Assembly (NCBI GenBank): GCA_002269645.1
Contig: NIVC01000126.1
Coordinates: forward strand, 124,001 to 188,000
DNA length: 64,000 nt
Direction: 5' to 3'
From: Macrostomum lignano
Taxonomy: Eukaryota
Shown here: positions 35,181-48,343 of the stretch, one piece after another
Layout of the letters: each line of letters begins with the position of its first letter
Numbering within the stretch: the stretch's first letter is position 1
The notes under the pieces: generated by a model
What the model saw: only the letters and a program-made list of their open reading frames with translations
What the model was told of the DNA's origin: nothing
The model's database searches: none
Made by a program: the position numbers and the translations under genes

Positions 35181-35892
35181 AGTAAGTTTTATATGATACT
35201 TTTTGAGTCATAGTTTATGGTAAATAGGTTTAAAATTCTGTAGGAATTGAAATTTTCGCCTTAAATCATAGGAGTAGTTTTAATTTGAGACGCTTAGACT
35301 GCATTGTTATTTTTCGCTTTTAGTTATCGCTGTTGGTTATAGTAGGTTTTTGGTACATTTTAATCTGAATGTCTTTTAAAAAATCTTTCCTACACTAATT
35401 TTCGAGTCTTGGAATAATTGTTTTTGTTAGTTAAATTATCTGCTTAAATTCTTATTCATAATGTACTGCAATGTACATATGAATTTCATGTCTCTTCATA
35501 CTACTAGCTAACTACTCTTCTTCCTGGTTGTGTCGTTTACATGTCCAATTATACTACTGTAAGGCACAATGACATTTGCGCCATTTTTGTGATATCAACA
35601 TGTAGTTGTCGTGTTAAATAAGATTTATTTATAATTCGTTTGAAAATATTGATTTCTTGTTAATCTGCTAAGTAAATAAAGACAGTGTCCAGTATTTGTG
35701 TTCTTGATTGTGTGTGTAACTTATTTGATTTCAATTTATTTTGCTTTTATTACTGTTTTAAAATTTAATAATAGTTTTGATGTAATAAAATTTCATAGTA
35801 GATAGGTGTAAAGTATTTACAGTTATGCTTTATGAATATATGCTTTTTCATTGATAATTTGCATGATTTTATTCAAACAAGAGTGATTTAGT

Positions 35893-36894
<1,002 letters not shown>

Positions 36895-37439
36895 ACAGCG
36901 TTGCAACTGGCATTTGTAAATAGTTTCATCAAGACACCCTGCTTGGAGGGTTCCTATCTTTCTTGCTTAATAACGCTTAGAACTACGTTACCTTATTTAA
37001 CAGAAAAATTCCTTGATGTGAGCTGCAGGCATCATTTATTATCCGGTCGATTGTTAATACATCTATTCGATTTAGTACATTAGAAATGATACAGATACAG
37101 GGTAAAGATACTAATTAACTGACAAAGAAAATTCAACCTTTCAAACTCGGTTTTATGAGTATGCGTCAGAGAAAAATCGTATTGTAATTTGGCATTCGAA
37201 AACCAGGATGCCAACCGGAATCAGTCCAAATCATATACATACTTATATATCTACCTTTGGACACTTTAAACCACTGAGACTCCGGCATCCGGGGTCTAAA
37301 TTCAGGAAGACACACAATCATATGGATGTTGTCCCTTGACCCCTAGCTTGACGTCCTTAAATCTGTTCAATGTTAAATTACTCAAAAAAACTTACAGAAG
37401 ACCACTTGCACTGAGTACCTTTCAAAAGGTTGAAATTTA

Positions 37440-37745
37440 GGGTTTGTAGCCTAGTGGTTAGAGCGTCTAACTCACAAGTGAAAGGTCGGGGGTTCGATTC
37501 TCGACCCATTCAGAACTATTTTTGTCTTTGAGCAAGACACTTAACTCTGCATTGCTTCAGTTCACCCAGCTGTAAAATGGGTGCCTGCATTGGCTGGGGT
37601 ATTTGAGGCTGTGTGTGGCGACCCTTGTAGCTGAAGTTCTTAGACTGAACAGCCGTATGCAGCCTTCAGATGCTCTGCGCAATAGCTGCGGCTGAGCTGT
37701 CGGTTGCACATCTGCGCATCAGAACAGGTGTATTCAATTAATTAA
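37440..37745 (+). mobile_element. tRNA-derived SINE with a CORE-like central domain
   Basis: tRNA-like head with A box (TAGCCTAGTGG) and B box (GGTTCGATTC). Then TTTGAGCAAGACACTTAAC...CTTCAGTTCACCCAGCTGTAAAATGGG, which resembles the MIR CORE (CTTGGGCAAGTCACTTAAC...CTCAGTTTCCTCATCTGTAAAATGGG). The 3' end is approximate. Confidence 0.75.
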
Positions 37746-38595
37746 TCAATTCAGCACAGAATCGCTCATAACATCGCTTTATAGTACATTCTGAAGAATT
37801 CTTACAAGCACGAAAACGGGTAGCATTCAACTTGACGATTCGGTGTTAACAGTTGTGTTAGTAACAAAAATTATACGTTGCTATCGATCAATTTTGTTGC
37901 TACATTTATACTAATTCTAGTAATCCTTGGTTTTGCTTGGTAATTTACTGCTTTTTGTACTCATTGTAATGATGCATATGCAACCCAGATGCATAATTAC
38001 ACAGTAATACTTGTTCATCGTGTTAAACTAATTATATGATCGACTAAATTCCTTCGATTTTTCAATCAGATTGTCCACATATTTTACCCTACTATACACA
38101 CTAGTTATTATTGTACAATACTTTATATTGTCCTATTACTACTGGATTCAAAAAATTCACTGTAAGATATCAATCAGTCTGTTTAATAGTTACTCTCATT
38201 GTATCTTCTTACTTATTGAATGTTGTGCAAATTTTCTATGGTGTGTCTATATATTTGGTAATAATAGTTATAATTATAAACAATTAAAACTTGTCATAAC
38301 GTATTAGATTGATTTTTTGATTGTTACAAATTGTAAATATTTGTTTGTTTTTTCGCTGGCATTGTAATTGTTTAGTTGATAAATTAAATTTGAACTGAAT
38401 TTACGAGTTAAAGTACGCCTTATGTCTTCGCGTTTTTTTAATTGTTATTGTTTAGCTAGCTTTGTATCCAAATTTAAAATCGTAAACTCTGACTGACACA
38501 ATATTTTGAATGTTTTATGATACCATTCTTCACGAGTTGATCAGCAGTTATATAAATATTTGTTTGAACGATCAATTTTCTTCAAAGAGAAAAAA

Positions 38596-40458
38596 ATGAA
38601 CCAACGAGCAAGTTGGTTGTCGCTGGTAGTTCTGCTGGTTCTCCTACTCGAAGTCGGAACAGCGAGAGCCTTGAATTCAAATATCAATGGTATTGCTTAT
38701 CTTCGCGTTGGCACCACGGATTCTCACTATGAGAACTATTGCGCCTACGGCGATCCGTCGTTAACCTTTAATCTGAGCAATACTTTCCACTCGTCTGATA
38801 GCAAGCCAATTATCGATGCTTATCCAAACAACGGATGTAATAGAAACAATGCCAGTTATGCTAATCGCATTGTCATACTGACTAAGGGCGGTTGCACCTA
38901 TGTAGATCAGGCTGTTAACGCATTCGCTCAAGGTGCCATTGGTCTCATTGTGGTATCGTCAGAAAGGTATCCGACTTATTTAACGGCCGAGTCACATCTT
39001 CTACCTAAGAGCTTTCAAACTGTCGTTATATCGAAGGTAGCTTACCAATCCTTTAAGTCGCAGTTCATGTCGGATTCAAACGTCAAAGCGACTCTCTATA
39101 GGCCATACGACGACAATTCCGGTTCTAAGCAGTACATGTTTCTCATTTTGTCTGCTATCGCATTGGTCACTATGGTGCTGTCTTGTATTACAGCCGCTAC
39201 AGCATTGAAAGAATACTTGATAACACGCTCAAGGTTGGCCTCTAATGTGAATACGAACTCCGAGCATGAGCCAGACGTAAATGCTAGCGCGCCTTGGTGG
39301 CACACAGCGATATTCACTATTATTCTGCTTGCCATTCCCATCACTATACTGTTGCTATTGAACTTTGCTTACGACTATTTCGTTTGGGTAATGCTAGTGC
39401 TCTACGGCTATTCCGTGTCTAGCAGTCTCGTCTATTATATCAATAGAATCTATCTGGCCTGCGTGAAAGCCAAACTAGAGACTGGTCCAAGGCCTTGGCT
39501 AGCAACTACTGTAGAATTCGATCTTGGCAAATGTTGCGGAAAAATATCTTGCACTTATTTAGAGTTTATCGTTTATCCATTTTGTCTGGCAATTGCCGTA
39601 ATCTGGTTTGTATTTCGCAATGCTCATTGGGCCTTCATCTTGACTAATATTCTTAACGTTGTAGTCGTGTTGCGCGTCATCGAATCCTTGGCTATGGCTC
39701 TGCGCATCAAGATTGCTACAATTATCATGATATGCTTCCTAGTGTACGACGTGTTCTTTGTCTTTATTACGCCGCTATTCTCTGGCGGCGGCGGCGGCGG
39801 CAGCGGCCCGAGTCCAACGAACCCGCCGTCAACGGAGGCTTCAACTTTGAATAGAGTTAGGCGTGACACCGTTATGGATTATTACGTCGAACGTGGTGGC
39901 TCTTTTATGGAACGCGTAGCTTTGGGAACAGCCGGTCTATCCGGGGAGATTATTCCCATTGTGTTTAAGGTCATGCCCTATCCTCCGGCTGAGTCTATAT
40001 TCACCTGCCTGCTGCCCTACTCAATTCTCGGTCTCGGCGATGTCATAATGCCGGCTATCCTAATCAGTCTGAATTTGTTCTTCGATTTGGCTTGGAAAAA
40101 TCGTTTCTATCCTTATTTTGTCTCGTCAATGATTGGCTACCTGCTTGGACTTGGCGCCTGTGCCGGCGTTCTCTTTGCTACAGGCAGCGGCCAACCAGCT
40201 TTGCTTTACATTGTCCCTCTAATCCTACTTACATCTTACCTGTGCGCGGCTATTAAAAGAGAATTGAAATTATACTTTCATACATCGCTTCCGGATGAGT
40301 ATCGCGAGGACAATCGTTTCGATGTTGAGTCATCAGATCAACAGGCTGTCTTAAGTGATCAGCAGAATGAGGCGGCAGTTGCGGATTCTTCAGCCAATCA
40401 AAATGATCCGAGCAGTGCCAAGACGCCATCGGCTTCTAATAGCGCTAGTGCTCTGTGA
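38596..40458 (+). CDS. SPPL2: Signal peptide peptidase-like 2-type intramembrane aspartyl protease (PA domain + peptidase A22B), intronless
   Basis: N-terminal signal peptide, PA-like domain (VILTKGGCTYVDQAVNA..QGA.GLIVVS), multiple TM segments, catalytic YD (LVYDVFFVFITP) and GLGD, and QPALLYIVP. Confidence 0.9.
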   Translation: MNQRASWLSLVVLLVLLLEVGTARALNSNINGIAYLRVGTTDSHYENYCAYGDPSLTFNLSNTFHSSDSKPIIDAYPNNGCNRNNASYANRIVILTKGGCTYVDQAVNAFAQGAIGLIVVSSERYPTYLTAESHLLPKSFQTVVISKVAYQSFKSQFMSDSNVKATLYRPYDDNSGSKQYMFLILSAIALVTMVLSCITAATALKEYLITRSRLASNVNTNSEHEPDVNASAPWWHTAIFTIILLAIPITILLLLNFAYDYFVWVMLVLYGYSVSSSLVYYINRIYLACVKAKLETGPRPWLATTVEFDLGKCCGKISCTYLEFIVYPFCLAIAVIWFVFRNAHWAFILTNILNVVVVLRVIESLAMALRIKIATIIMICFLVYDVFFVFITPLFSGGGGGGSGPSPTNPPSTEASTLNRVRRDTVMDYYVERGGSFMERVALGTAGLSGEIIPIVFKVMPYPPAESIFTCLLPYSILGLGDVIMPAILISLNLFFDLAWKNRFYPYFVSSMIGYLLGLGACAGVLFATGSGQPALLYIVPLILLTSYLCAAIKRELKLYFHTSLPDEYREDNRFDVESSDQQAVLSDQQNEAAVADSSANQNDPSSAKTPSASNSASAL

Positions 40459-40596
40459 TTGAAATTCCAACTGAAGAATTGAAAGATATTTCCAAGAAAG
40501 GTTGACTGTCTGTTTTCGTAACTGTGGTCACAAATTCTGCTTTAAAAGCAAAATCTTAGATGTATTGTTCCTTTACAAGCTAATGCACTGATTCTG

Positions 40597-40925
40597 TAAG
40601 CTTCTGTGAACTGTAAGCTTCTGTAAACTCTAAGCTCTGTAAACGGTAAGCTTCTGTAAACTCTAAGCTCTGTAAACTGTAAGCTTCTGTAAACTTTAAG
40701 CTTCTGTGAACTGTAAGCTTCTGTGAACTGTAAGCTTCTGTGAACTGTAAGCTTCTGTGAACTGTAAGCTTCTGTGAACTGTAAGCTTCTGTAAACTGTG
40801 AGCTGCTGTAAACTGTGAGCTGCTGTAAACTGTGAGCTTCTTTAAACTGTGAGCTTCTTTAAACTGTGAGCTGCTGTAAACTGTAAGCTGCTGTAAACTG
40901 TGAGCTTCTGTAAACTGTAAGCTTC
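40597..40925 (+). repeat. 17-bp minisatellite (AAGCTTCTGTAAACTGT)
   Basis: Direct reading. Confidence 0.9.
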
Positions 40926-41919
40926 TTATCTAGGTTACAGAATAACGATTATACGAGCTAAACTCATTAAATATCCATAATGCAATAGTTTACATTTTTG
41001 GGAGCTGTTCCTCTGACTAGATAGTTAGATAGATGGTTATATTATACCTTTTTAAGGCTACGCTGAATTGAGTTGAAAATGTTTTATTTTTTACGTCCAA
41101 TTGTTATTGCCATCTTTTCATTTTTATTAATTGTTTATTATCCCGTATTAAAAAGGGTGCATGACTATTTATGAATATTCAGATACTCAGATATATATAT
41201 TCAGATATATATATAGCTCCTTTACAAGTACCTCCTATTTGTTATACTCGTGCATCAAGGTATATCAGATTTTTATGCTAGAATGACATTAAATTAATAA
41301 CCCCACTTAAAAGTATATATAAAGTGAGACATGCTAAAATGTCTCAATTGAATAAGACACTAAACAGTTCGTAACATTGGTAATTTTCCTGATATCTCAG
41401 TTATAATTATAATTCATTAATTGAGACATTCAGGCTTCCTTTATCAATACTTTGAAGATTACACTGCTGGACTTCATGTCCAATCTGATGTAAATATCTT
41501 GCACAATTTTTTATAAAAGTAATTTATGAAATTTTCACTTATAATAACTTTTTTTATTAAATTAATTTTTATTCCATGTTATTAGGGTAACTTCCCAGTT
41601 GTTTTATTGCGCTGATTTATCCTCATCTCGTATGCGGTATTAAATTTAGATCTCTACTATATTATAAAATTGCTAAAACGATTCTGTTTTTATATTTGGT
41701 TCTGGAGCTTTAAATATATTGATATGTTGGGTTGATAGTTCACTCCTGTCTTGTGATTTTTTGTGTCCTATTTGCAACTAAATTATAATCAATGTCAATT
41801 TCGTTGACTAACTAGAAATATATCATAACACTACTTCGTTATACGTATTATACCTCGTCTTTGATGCATATTTATTTTCAATCGACTGATTTAAACATAA
41901 AATCGAGAATAGCCGCCCC

Positions 41920-42496
41920 ATACACAGCTACAGTCAACAAAGACTGGCCACCACCCAACACACAGCTACAGTCAACAAAGACTGGCCACCACCCAACACA
42001 CAGCTACAGTCAACAAAGACTGGCCACCACCCAACACACAGCTACAGTCAACAAAGACTGGCCACCACCCAACACACAGCTACAGTCAACAAAGACTAGC
42101 CACTACTCCACACACAGCTACAGTCAACAAAGACTAGCCACTACTCCACACACAGCTACAGTCAACAAAGACTAGCCACTACTCCACACGCAGCTACAGT
42201 CAACAAAGACTAGCCACTACTCCACACGCAGCTACAGTCAACAAAGACTAGCCACTACTCCACACGCAGCTACAGTCAAAAAAAGACTAGCCACCACCCA
42301 ACACGCAGCTACAGTCAACAAAGACTGGCCACCACCCAACACGCAGCTACAGTCAACAAAGACTAGCCACTACTCCACACGCAGCTACAGTCAAAAAAGA
42401 CTAGCCACCACCCAACACGCAGCTACAGTCAACAAAGACTGGCCACCACCCAACACACAGCTACAGTCAACAAAGACTAGTCACTACTCCACACGC
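41920..42496 (+). repeat. 38-bp minisatellite ending just before the ZDHHC6 ATG
   Basis: About 15 copies of CACACAGCTACAGTCAACAAAGACTGGCCACCACCCAA. Confidence 0.92.
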
Positions 42497-42508
42497 ATAA
42501 CTCTTTGC

Positions 42509-44700
42509 ATGGACTCTTCCTGTCGCACAGCTAAGCAGAGACTTCGCCGGGTCCTGCACTGGGGCCCCTTAATCGCCCTATTTATCATATTCTATATAGC
42601 TATCTATACTAGTCGACTGCTGCTAATATGGTGGCCGCCATTGAAATCGCACAGCAATTTGCTGCACGTAGCCGTATACGCGCTTGAATACTACCTGGTG
42701 ATGTCCACCTATTTGAAGGCCATGTTCTGGGGTCCCGGTTTTGTGCCTATTGGCTGGAGACCGATCGATTTGACAGACGATCAACAACTGAAATCTTTGT
42801 TGCAATGGTGCTCTATCTGTAAGGGATACAAAGCTCCTAGGTGAGTGGCCTTCGTTGGTTAATTGACTAACTTACAAGCTGAGTACTTTTCTTTTGAAAT
42901 TATTTTAAGGCATGAGTATTATAGTTATGAAAATTATTATTAATACTATGATTGTGATGATGGTGGTGGTGATGATGATGAAGATGGTGGGGTGATGATT
43001 TTAATGATGATAAGTGTGATGATAATGATGATTTCGATGATGATGATACTGGTAATGACAGTGATAGTGATGGTGTTGCCAATGATAATGTTGATGATCA
43101 ATGGTGTAAGAGTCGAGTATATGGGACCAGCCAGACGATAATAATTATAAATGATCGAAATGATCAGGATTAAAATATAATGTACGAGATTATTGCAATA
43201 TAATTCATCTCGAGAGAATATATAAAATAATAACAATTGCAACCTATGCTGATAAAAAAGCGACACTAGAATACCTGTAATTATAAAATTTGCAGATCGC
43301 ATCACTGCAGCAGGTGCGGCCGCTGCGTCACCAAGATGGATCATCACTGTCCATGGATCAACGCCTGCGTCGGTCACCGGAATCACGCTCAGTTCACCTA
43401 TTTTCTATTGTTCGCCCCGTTAGGCTGCCTGCACTCGGCTGTCATTGTGTCCTACTGCGTCTATTATACTCTGTTCTATCCGTTCTATCATCAGGACTCT
43501 GAGTTCCCGACCGAGGACTACGCTATGATGAACCTGTGGGAGGTATTGTTAGCATTCTTCTGTCTGGGCCTCGCTTTAGGCACCACCATAGCAGTTGGCG
43601 CTCTGTTCTTTGTTCAGCTAAAATCGATATTACGCAATCGAACTGGTATCGAGTTTTGGATCTGCGATAAAGCCGATTATCGATTAGAATGCCGGCACGA
43701 CTCCATGACTGCTCACTTGTCCATTGATGAGGCTGGACAGCCGCCGAAGTTTCAATATCCCTACGATTTGGGTAGGATGAGAAACTTTAAGCAGGTAATT
43801 AAGTTGCATGTTGGACTTTTCTGGATTGTTAACGTTAACACGCAAAATAACACACACACACAAACCAGACGCGTGTTATGCTCAAAGTGTGTTAGTTGTT
43901 AGACACCTGTTGGATACCAATGTATCTGTTAGACACCTTTTAGATACCAATGTATCTGTTAGACACCTGTCAGATACCAATGTATCTGTTAGACACCTGT
44001 CAGATACCAATGTATCTATTAGACACCTGTCAGATACCAATGTACCTGTTAGACACCTGTTAGATACCAATGTACCTGTTAGACACCTGTTAGATACCAA
44101 TGTATCTGTTAGACACGTGTTAGATACCAATGTATCTGTTAGACACCTGTTACCCTGTTAGACCCCAGTTATATGTAAATGTACCTGTTAGGCACAATCG
44201 CCTATGAGAATAGATGCCATCTCCCTCCTACCCGGCAGGTGATAAACTGGTCCGGCCGACCAGTTGGCAACGGCCTGGACGATTGGCCGTTGGCACCCGA
44301 TTGCGGCAAATACGATTTAACAAAGGAGCAGGTGCTGCAAAAGGCGCATAAAGCCAGTACGGCTGTATTAGCGAGCGTTATTCGAGCTTACACTGGTACC
44401 AGATTTCCTATTAGCTTCGGCTTGAGAACCGCCTGTTGCCAGCCGTGCTCAATCTGGATCGAAGAGAAACGATTGTCATTGTCGCCTGGTCAGCGACTGA
44501 TTGTAACTCGAGCTCACGGCGAATGGCTCTACGGTCAGCTATTACTAGCTGATGAGCAGTCTCAGTCTGCGAGAGACGCTTCCGCTTCTAGGGGCTGGTT
44601 TCCAAAGAAATGCGCCATGGAGCATTGGATAGACTCGGCCGCAGCAACCGCTGGCGATAACGGCGGAAATGGCCTTGTTAAGGATAAGAAAGTTCAATAA
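42509..44700 (+). CDS. ZDHHC6: DHHC palmitoyltransferase with a C-terminal SH3-like domain, 3 exons
   Basis: Exons 42509-42840, 43296-43794 and 44239-44700. [58 protein letters not shown] and an SH3-like WLYG...RGWFP. Confidence 0.93.
42945..43100 (+). repeat. (GAT)n-rich low-complexity tract in ZDHHC6 intron 1
   Basis: Direct reading. Confidence 0.75.
43893..44160 (+). repeat. 30-bp minisatellite in ZDHHC6 intron 2
   Basis: (TGTTAGACACCTGTTAGATACCAATGTATC)n. Confidence 0.9.
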
Positions 44701-45536
44701 GTTTTCTGCTATATATTGGGTTATCAATATAATTGAATTAAAAATTGAATTCGTAATGACTACGTACTTTAATGGCCTAATCGTTTTGATAGCTCTTTCT
44801 TATCCTGGTTGATAATAAAAGTATTCACTCAGACACAAATGGCAATTAGTTTTGGTCATTATTCTTCATTTCCTCCCCAATGTACACTTAATCCATATAC
44901 AAACTTCATCACGTGACTGCTTTCCATCGTTTATTATCTATCTACCCCTTTATGCTAGATTATTTAGTATGTGAATACTTAAGTTGAATAATAGCCAATT
45001 ACGATCGCGCGTGGTCATTAAACATTTAACACTTATTTCTCGCTAGTGCAAAGATAAGTAATAAGTAGACTATAAAACAGTCACGTGATGAAATGCTTAC
45101 ATGGGGTAATTAATGGACAAAACGTGGCAAATTTTGAAGTTACTCACTACGGACAGGCAAATAGTCGTGGCCCCCCAACGAAATATAAAATAGGGCTTGT
45201 TCAATTAATACAAACTGTTGACATATTGAATTTAGTTTTCTAAATTTTGCGTGTAAATGCTTATGATATGTATTCATACATGTTTATTTTGTACTCTGCA
45301 TCTATGCCACAGGATATAACTAGACTAACGAAATATCTCACTCGCAGTTATTGTTGTGAAAAAAGAGTACATTTACTCATTATTCAGTAGTTTGTCTGCG
45401 CAGTGTCGCTTAAAGTTAAAGTGGAAGCTAAAATTTCCTTTCCTTGCTCTGGGTTTGCGGCCTTAGGGTCATATAAGTTCAGAATGAACAATAAGGATTT
45501 GATTTAACTCGATGTACACAAGTGAACGCAGTATAG

Positions 45537-45860
45537 ACGAAACTCAGTCTAGGGGCAGGCCCAATCTAGCTCAGCCAGTGAGAGGGCAGTAAGGAGAGAA
45601 GTCAAAGTTGGACGGACGAAACCCAGCCTAGGGGACAGGCCCAATTTAGCTCAGCCAATGAGAGAGCAGTGAGGAGAGAGGTCAAAATCAGACGGACAAA
45701 GCACAGTCTGGCTAGAGGGCAGGCCCAATTTAGCTCAGCCAATGAGAGAGCAGTGAGGAGAGAGGTCAAAATCAGACGGACAAAGCACAGTCTGGCTAGA
45801 GGGCAGGCCCAATTTAGCTCAGCCAATGAGAGAGCAGTAAGGAGAGAGGTCAAAGTTAGA
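45537..45860 (+). repeat. 84-bp tandem repeat (family shared with 58958-59385)
   Basis: GGCAGGCCCAAT(T/C)TAGCTCAGCCAATGAGAGAGCAGTGAGGAGAGAGGTCAAA; period 84 (45721, 45805). Confidence 0.9.
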
Positions 45861-46829
45861 CACCATCGGGCAAGAGGAAAGCCAAACTGTTTATCGGTCT
45901 GGTATCCCTTGTCTCTCTTGCTTGGTCGTAAAATTTTCGATCTTGCAAAATCTAAGAATTTTTTATTATAAAATTATAAAAGCGAAAACAGCCAATTTTG
46001 CTACAGAAAAAAACTCAATAAACGCATATTTTGCGGGTGACGTATCTTGTTATTCCGGTATCTGTGACCTATGCTCAGCATATTTAATTTGAATCTTTGT
46101 TTAATATATATATACTCATACATTGCTTCCAGTAGTGAGTACGCTCTGCGATTGTTTTGTAAGCTGTTCCTAACAATATATAATAATATATCATTTTTCT
46201 GTCATTTTTAGTGCTATTGTTTTTGCCTTCTCTGTGTTGCACAGAAATACAATACTCCAAGTGAAGACATTTAATTCATTGATTGTTTTGATACGAGTAT
46301 AATAAGACTCTGATGATATTTACTCATTTTATATATCACTCATGCGCTAGGAATTAATTTTTAACATACCTCTCAGTCAAACGCACACAAATACTATTAT
46401 AGTTCCATTGTAGGTCATTGTGCCTTTTTGTGCAAGTGTTTTTTCAATGGCTAAACCTTCAGTTGCCCCACGATAATAGTTCATGCAATTGTTGTTCATC
46501 AAAGCTTAGATTTCTTGTAAAAGTGTTGATGTGTATGAAGTTGATATCCGCAGATACTGTGCTGTTTTTTATGTTCAATTTGCTTTAAATAATACAAAAA
46601 TTGGCCAGTTTAGTATGCGTAGTATGTGTAGTACGAAATTTACTCTTCTGTTTTAATTTTTTATATCATATATGCTAAACCTAAAGTCAGAAATACATTG
46701 TTAATATTGTTCATTTTGAGTTCTAATAGTTAATATATGGCTTTTCCGATTTTTATTTTTTCTTATCATTTAGTCTATTCACAGATGTACCTCCAGACAC
46801 AGCTAGATTAAAGCCCGTAGACACTAGGG

Positions 46830-47155
46830 TTAGTCTAGCGGCATTCTGTAAGTCCATGGTCTAGCGGCACTCTATAGTCTATAGTCTTGCGGCTATAGTA
46901 CGCTATAGTCTACGGTATAGCGGAACACTATAGTCTATGGTATTAGCGGCACTCTATTGTCTATGTATAGTATTAGCGGCACACTAGAGTCAATGGTCTA
47001 GCGGCACTCTATAGTCTATGGTTGAGCGGCACCGGCACTCTATAGTCTATGGTCTAGCAGCACTATAGTTTACGGTATAGTGGCGCACTTAGTCTATGGT
47101 ATATTAGTGACACTATAGTCTATGGTCTAGTCTAATCTAGCGGTAATCTATAGTC
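46830..47155 (+). repeat. Degenerate ~24-bp minisatellite (GCGGCACTCTATAGTCTATGGTCTA)
   Basis: Direct reading. Confidence 0.8.
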
Positions 47156-47280
47156 AAAATCAAGCTTGTAAAGTTTTATAAAACTCTTCTTAATTAAATC
47201 TGTACATTAAATTCAGTGATTATTAAAAACCATCGCCACCCGACCAATTCCAGTCAACCAAAACTCTTTAAAAAGCAAAT

Positions 47281-47631
47281 ATGAATCGAATCCTTAAGCT
47301 GGCCAGCCTTGTAGCCACCAGGCAGAGCCGTCGGGCTCTGTGTCATCACGGCCATCACGAGAAGCACGTCGGCATTTATCATTCTTACACCGAGGCCGCC
47401 CGGTCAATCTCTATGAATGAGATTATCCAACCCACTATGAAATATAGCGAAGGCTACGCTCATTTCAACGCCAAGTATAACAAAGTATTTGGCGCCGGTT
47501 TAATTGTGGCGGCTACAACCGTGATTATAATGCTTGGTAGCGGCTATTTTAGGGTGCCGACGCATAAGCCGATGAAGAACACGGAGGAGGGTTTGAAATT
47601 TTTGGATTATCCGCACGAAGGCTACCATTGA
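47281..47631 (+). CDS. Small mitochondrial single-TM protein, Deltameth_res / invertebrate COX7B-like
   Basis: Basic presequence-like N-terminus, His-rich linker, SMNEI.QP..KY.E.YA.FNAKYNKVFGAGL followed by one TM helix. Resembles the recalled PF16020-type pattern. Confidence 0.6.
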   Translation: MNRILKLASLVATRQSRRALCHHGHHEKHVGIYHSYTEAARSISMNEIIQPTMKYSEGYAHFNAKYNKVFGAGLIVAATTVIIMLGSGYFRVPTHKPMKNTEEGLKFLDYPHEGYH

Positions 47632-48174
47632 GTTGGCGAGAGTCGCCCTCGTCTATTCGAACTAACTGACAACTATACTGTTTCTAATAAAAACTATACG
47701 CTAGATAATAGCCATATAATTTATCATCAAATACTTAATAAAAGTCGCCATTTGATGATTGCTTTAGTTAATTCTCACAATTCTACCCTGTCTCTTCTGT
47801 CTGTCTATCTTAAGTATAACTGACTCCTTTAGCTTTTATAGAAAACAATATATCTCTATTAATGACTCTGATTTCAGAAACCCCCGCTGTGTAGCCGCAG
47901 TGTTTGCGTACAAGTAACTATATAGTAATTAAAATCAATTAATAAGTCTGCAACTTAAAAAAAAACTCGAAAAGGGAACCGCGATAATAAAACAAATAAA
48001 CAGCCAGACAATATTGTCCATCTGAGTTTTTTGTTCGGAAGACAAGCAGTTTGATGCTTTCTTGTTTACCTTGATGCTTTTTTGGCTTTTTAGTCTGTCG
48101 GAATTCCGGAGAGTGCTACATGTAGTATATTATGGAGATAAAGAGGAATAAAGATGGGTGGATATATAGTTGGA

Positions 48175-48240
48175 TAAATAGATAGATAGATAGATAGATA
48201 GATAGAGATAGATACGTAGTTAGACAAATAGATAGATAAA
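48175..48240 (+). repeat. (GATA)n microsatellite
   Basis: Direct reading. Confidence 0.85.
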
Positions 48241-48343
48241 TCAATAAAAAAGATCATAGCACTAAACCTTGTTTTTTTTCTCCTTGTTTAATCTTGCTTA
48301 TTTAAATTTAAATTTATTTACACATATTTCTGTGTACACAGCA

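Noticed and set aside
37440-37510. Functional tRNA gene
   Set aside because: A and B boxes are present, but the acceptor stem pairs poorly and the sequence runs into a CORE-like domain, so it is a SINE head.
37640-37745. SINE as the non-autonomous partner of the RTE in this window
   Set aside because: No visible similarity between the SINE tail and the RTE 3' end (20480-20549).
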